A stretch of 64,000 nt of DNA from Gammaproteobacteria bacterium (GTDB lineage Bacteria; Pseudomonadota; Gammaproteobacteria; UBA4575). The translations under genes and the position numbers were made by a program. The stretch is taken from the NCBI GenBank assembly GCA_965243395.1, contig CBDEUS010000001.1, forward strand, positions 1 through 64,000. The letters are read 5' to 3'. Of this stretch, positions 61,398 through 64,000 are shown piece after piece. Under the pieces are notes generated by a model. The model was not told the origin of the DNA. It searched no databases and was given only the letters and a program-made list of their open reading frames with translations. How positions within the stretch are numbered: position 1 is the stretch's first letter; each line of letters begins with the position of its first letter.

Positions 61398-62195
61398 ATG
61401 ATGGATCAGCCAGAAATACTAAAAAAAATAATTGCACATAAAGAAAAGGAACTTGTAGAACGTAAATTACATATGCCGCTTGAAAAATTTCAAGAAATGG
61501 CAAAAGAAGCACCGGCACCACGTGGATTTGAGCGGACATTACGAGCTGCTCAAGCATCAAAACGGCCCGGTGTTATTGCCGAAATTAAGCGCGCATCACC
61601 CAGTAAAGGAATATTACGCGAAAAGTTTAATCCGATGGAGATTGCAGCTAGCTATCAAATGAATGGTGCAAGCTGTGTTTCCATATTAACAGATAGTGAG
61701 TTCTTTAAAGGTTCTTGTGCAATTTTAGAGCTGGCACGTAAAACCTGTTTTCTGCCAATTTTGCGCAAGGATTTTATTATTGATTCTTATCAAGTGTATG
61801 AGACTCGTGCGATTGATGCGGACTGTTTGTTATTAATTGTTGCAGCTTTAGAAGATGAGCAGATGGCTGAGCTCTATGCATTAGGAAAAGAATTACATCT
61901 TGATATATTGGTTGAAATACATAATCAAGAAGAACTGGATCGAGCGCTCAAACTTGAACCAACAATGATTGGTATCAATAACCGCAATTTAAATACTTTT
62001 GATGTTTCATTGGAGACTACGTTTGAATTGTTATCTAAAATTCCAGATGATTGTCATGTTGTGACAGAAAGTGGAATTCACACTAAAGAAGACATCGCTT
62101 TAATGAATGAAAAAGGAGTTAATTCATTCTTGGTAGGCGAGGCATTTATGGTGGCAGATAATCCAGGCGCAAAGCTTAAAGAATTATTTTTCTGA
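61398..62195 (+). CDS. trpC: Indole-3-glycerol phosphate synthase
   Basis: IAEIKRASPSKG, LRKDF, GINNRNL, ESGI motifs. Confidence 0.98.
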   Translation: MMDQPEILKKIIAHKEKELVERKLHMPLEKFQEMAKEAPAPRGFERTLRAAQASKRPGVIAEIKRASPSKGILREKFNPMEIAASYQMNGASCVSILTDSEFFKGSCAILELARKTCFLPILRKDFIIDSYQVYETRAIDADCLLLIVAALEDEQMAELYALGKELHLDILVEIHNQEELDRALKLEPTMIGINNRNLNTFDVSLETTFELLSKIPDDCHVVTESGIHTKEDIALMNEKGVNSFLVGEAFMVADNPGAKLKELFF

Positions 62196-62238
62196 TTTAC
62201 TGCGAGCGCAAAATTAAGCAAACCTCATCTTAGTTTTT

Positions 62239-62610
62239 TTATTGATAAGTAGGAGCGTGATACGCTAAGACTTTTCCGCCTTGTCGAACAATCGCAACAG
62301 ATCCATAGCCTATAATTGGCTTAGTTGATGGCTCAGGTTTCTTCACTTTGCTATCAATCCATTTGAAGGCATCTTCTAGTTTATGAGGGACAAGTTCACA
62401 TAGACGAATCCGGCCTTTCTTGGTTTGAGTAAGTAATCCAGCTTTACTTAATACACCAATATGCTTGCTCACCGCTTGCTGTGTTAAATCAAAATGGCTC
62501 ACGAGGTCTGAGCAAGTTTTTGGGCCTTTCTCAAGTTGAGCCAGTATCTGCAGACGAGTGGCATCGCCTAATGCAGTAAAGGTATTTGCTAAATTTGTAT
62601 ATACAACCAT
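62239..62610 (-). CDS. ArsR/SmtB family transcriptional regulator
   Basis: FTALGDATRLQIL, QQAVSKHIGVL..AGL...K.GR motifs. Confidence 0.92.
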   Translation of the reverse strand: MVVYTNLANTFTALGDATRLQILAQLEKGPKTCSDLVSHFDLTQQAVSKHIGVLSKAGLLTQTKKGRIRLCELVPHKLEDAFKWIDSKVKKPEPSTKPIIGYGSVAIVRQGGKVLAYHAPTYQ

Positions 62611-62622
62611 ATAGTTGTATAT
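62599..62622. promoter_or_regulatory. Palindromic ArsR-type operator overlapping the regulator's start codon
   Basis: ATATACAAC-catata-GTTGTATAT; the CAT at 62608-62610 is the ArsR start. Confidence 0.75.
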
Positions 62623-62686
62623 TAAATGAACCCGATTTAATAGTCAAATTTCCATAGATATGAAGCGATGAGGAGGGTTTATAACA

Positions 62687-64000
62687 ATGCAAACTCATAA
62701 ACTTAAAGTAGATGATGGACATACACTTCATCACGTCACCTGCCCACACGATTGTCCAGATTCTTGTTCAATGCTGGTCACAAGGAATGAGGCCACTGGA
62801 AAAGCAGTTCGAATTCAGGGTGATCCCACTCATCCAATTACTAAAGGTTATCTATGTAACAAGGTAAATCACTACCTTGATTTGGTTTATAACGAAAGTC
62901 GTGTTCTCTACCCACATAAACGAGTTGGGCCAAAGGGTCCGGGTGCTAAGTTTGAAAGAATAAGTTGGGACGAAGCACTTAATTGCATTACAAACAATTT
63001 TAAAAAAGTAATTTCTGAATTTGGTAGTCAGGCAATTCAGCCTTATTCTTATTCTGGAACCATGGGAATGGTTGGGTATTGGACTATGGATTCACGGTTT
63101 TGGAACAAGATGCAAGCCAACGGACTTGTTCGGTCGATTTGTACATATGCTGCTACAGAAGCGACGACTCAAACATACGGTTTAGCTCATCCCAACATGT
63201 CTATACATGAGGCGGCAACGGAAGCTGACATTATGATTCTATGGGGTGCAAATTTAGTCAGCACAGGTGTGCATGCAATTCCGTTTATTCGTGAAGCTAA
63301 AGAACGAGGTATGAAGTTAATTGTCGTTGATCCCCGTGTCACGCGAACAACAATGATGGCTGATTGGCATATTCAACCTAAACCCGGAACCGATGCAGCG
63401 CTAGCGTTGGGAATGATGAAAGTAATCGTAGATGCTGGACTGCATGATATTGAATTCTTAAAAGAACAAACAAATGGTTGGGAAGCGTTATTAGAAACAA
63501 AACTACCGGATTATCCACTCAATAAAGTTGAACGTATTACTGGTATTCCAGCAGAGGAGATCAAAAAGTTTGCTTTGCAATATGCTTCGACAAAGAAATC
63601 ATTTATACGTGCAAATTACGGTTTAAACCGTCATCAAAATGCAGGACAAATGTGTCGATCTGTTTTGATACTTCCATGCATAACTGGCGCATGGCGTGAA
63701 GCATGTGGAGGTGCTTGTTTTGGTAACCTAGAAGAAATGTGGTGCCGTTGGGATTTGGATAAATTACATCGTACTGATCTTGGGTCAAGTGATCGTGCTA
63801 TCAACATGGTGCAATTAGGTCAGGCATTAGTTGATAACTTGGGAATTTCTGAACAAACATTAGATCCACCTATTAAAAGTCTTTTTGTATACAACTCAGA
63901 CCCAGCAAACTGTGCTCCAAATTCAAATAAAGTCAGACAAGGCTTAATGCGCGAAGATTTATTTGTAGCAGTGCATGAAACCTTTTGGACAGATACATGC
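62687..64000 (+). CDS. Molybdopterin oxidoreductase family protein (3'-truncated; absent from the ORF track)
   Basis: AGGAGG at 62671, then ATG 62687 MQTHKLKVDDGHTLHHVTCPHDCPDSCSM...GDPTHPITKGYLCNK...RVLYP...ISWDEAL (4Fe-4S plus Mo-bisPGD family); the frame runs off the window end. Confidence 0.92.
   Translation, partial: MQTHKLKVDDGHTLHHVTCPHDCPDSCSMLVTRNEATGKAVRIQGDPTHPITKGYLCNKVNHYLDLVYNESRVLYPHKRVGPKGPGAKFERISWDEALNCITNNFKKVISEFGSQAIQPYSYSGTMGMVGYWTMDSRFWNKMQANGLVRSICTYAATEATTQTYGLAHPNMSIHEAATEADIMILWGANLVSTGVHAIPFIREAKERGMKLIVVDPRVTRTTMMADWHIQPKPGTDAALALGMMKVIVDAGLHDIEFLKEQTNGWEALLETKLPDYPLNKVERITGIPAEEIKKFALQYASTKKSFIRANYGLNRHQNAGQMCRSVLILPCITGAWREACGGACFGNLEEMWCRWDLDKLHRTDLGSSDRAINMVQLGQALVDNLGISEQTLDPPIKSLFVYNSDPANCAPNSNKVRQGLMREDLFVAVHETFWTDTC

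Overview
AT-rich (about 35-40% GC by eye) gammaproteobacterial chromosomal window. It begins inside a giant surface-protein gene with at least 24 identical 387-bp DUF11/Ig-like repeats, an OmpA-like domain and a C-terminal beta-barrel, followed by two secreted DUF11 proteins that share a C-terminal motif. Housekeeping blocks follow: tkt-gap-pgk-pyk-fba, glnK-amtB, bioD, TetR-MMPL-LolA-like-porin, purC/purEK, a CS1/Tcf-like chaperone-usher pilus locus, creD, cytochrome c, rpe-gph-trpEGDC with a candidate Trp leader peptide, ArsR and a truncated molybdopterin oxidoreductase. The most notable signal is two arrays of co-oriented, unrelated, mostly small AT-rich genes (28.6-31.2 kb and 41.2-47.05 kb). 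Each gene is separated from the next by a 28-bp imperfect palindrome, ATGWCCGCTW-N8-AAGCGGACAT (about 15 copies). One of these genes encodes an AAC(3)-I-family acetyltransferase. A second, ~50-bp motif faces inward at or near the array ends. This looks like an integron-like gene-cassette system using sites that are not attC, CRISPR or dif. No recombinase gene is present in the window.
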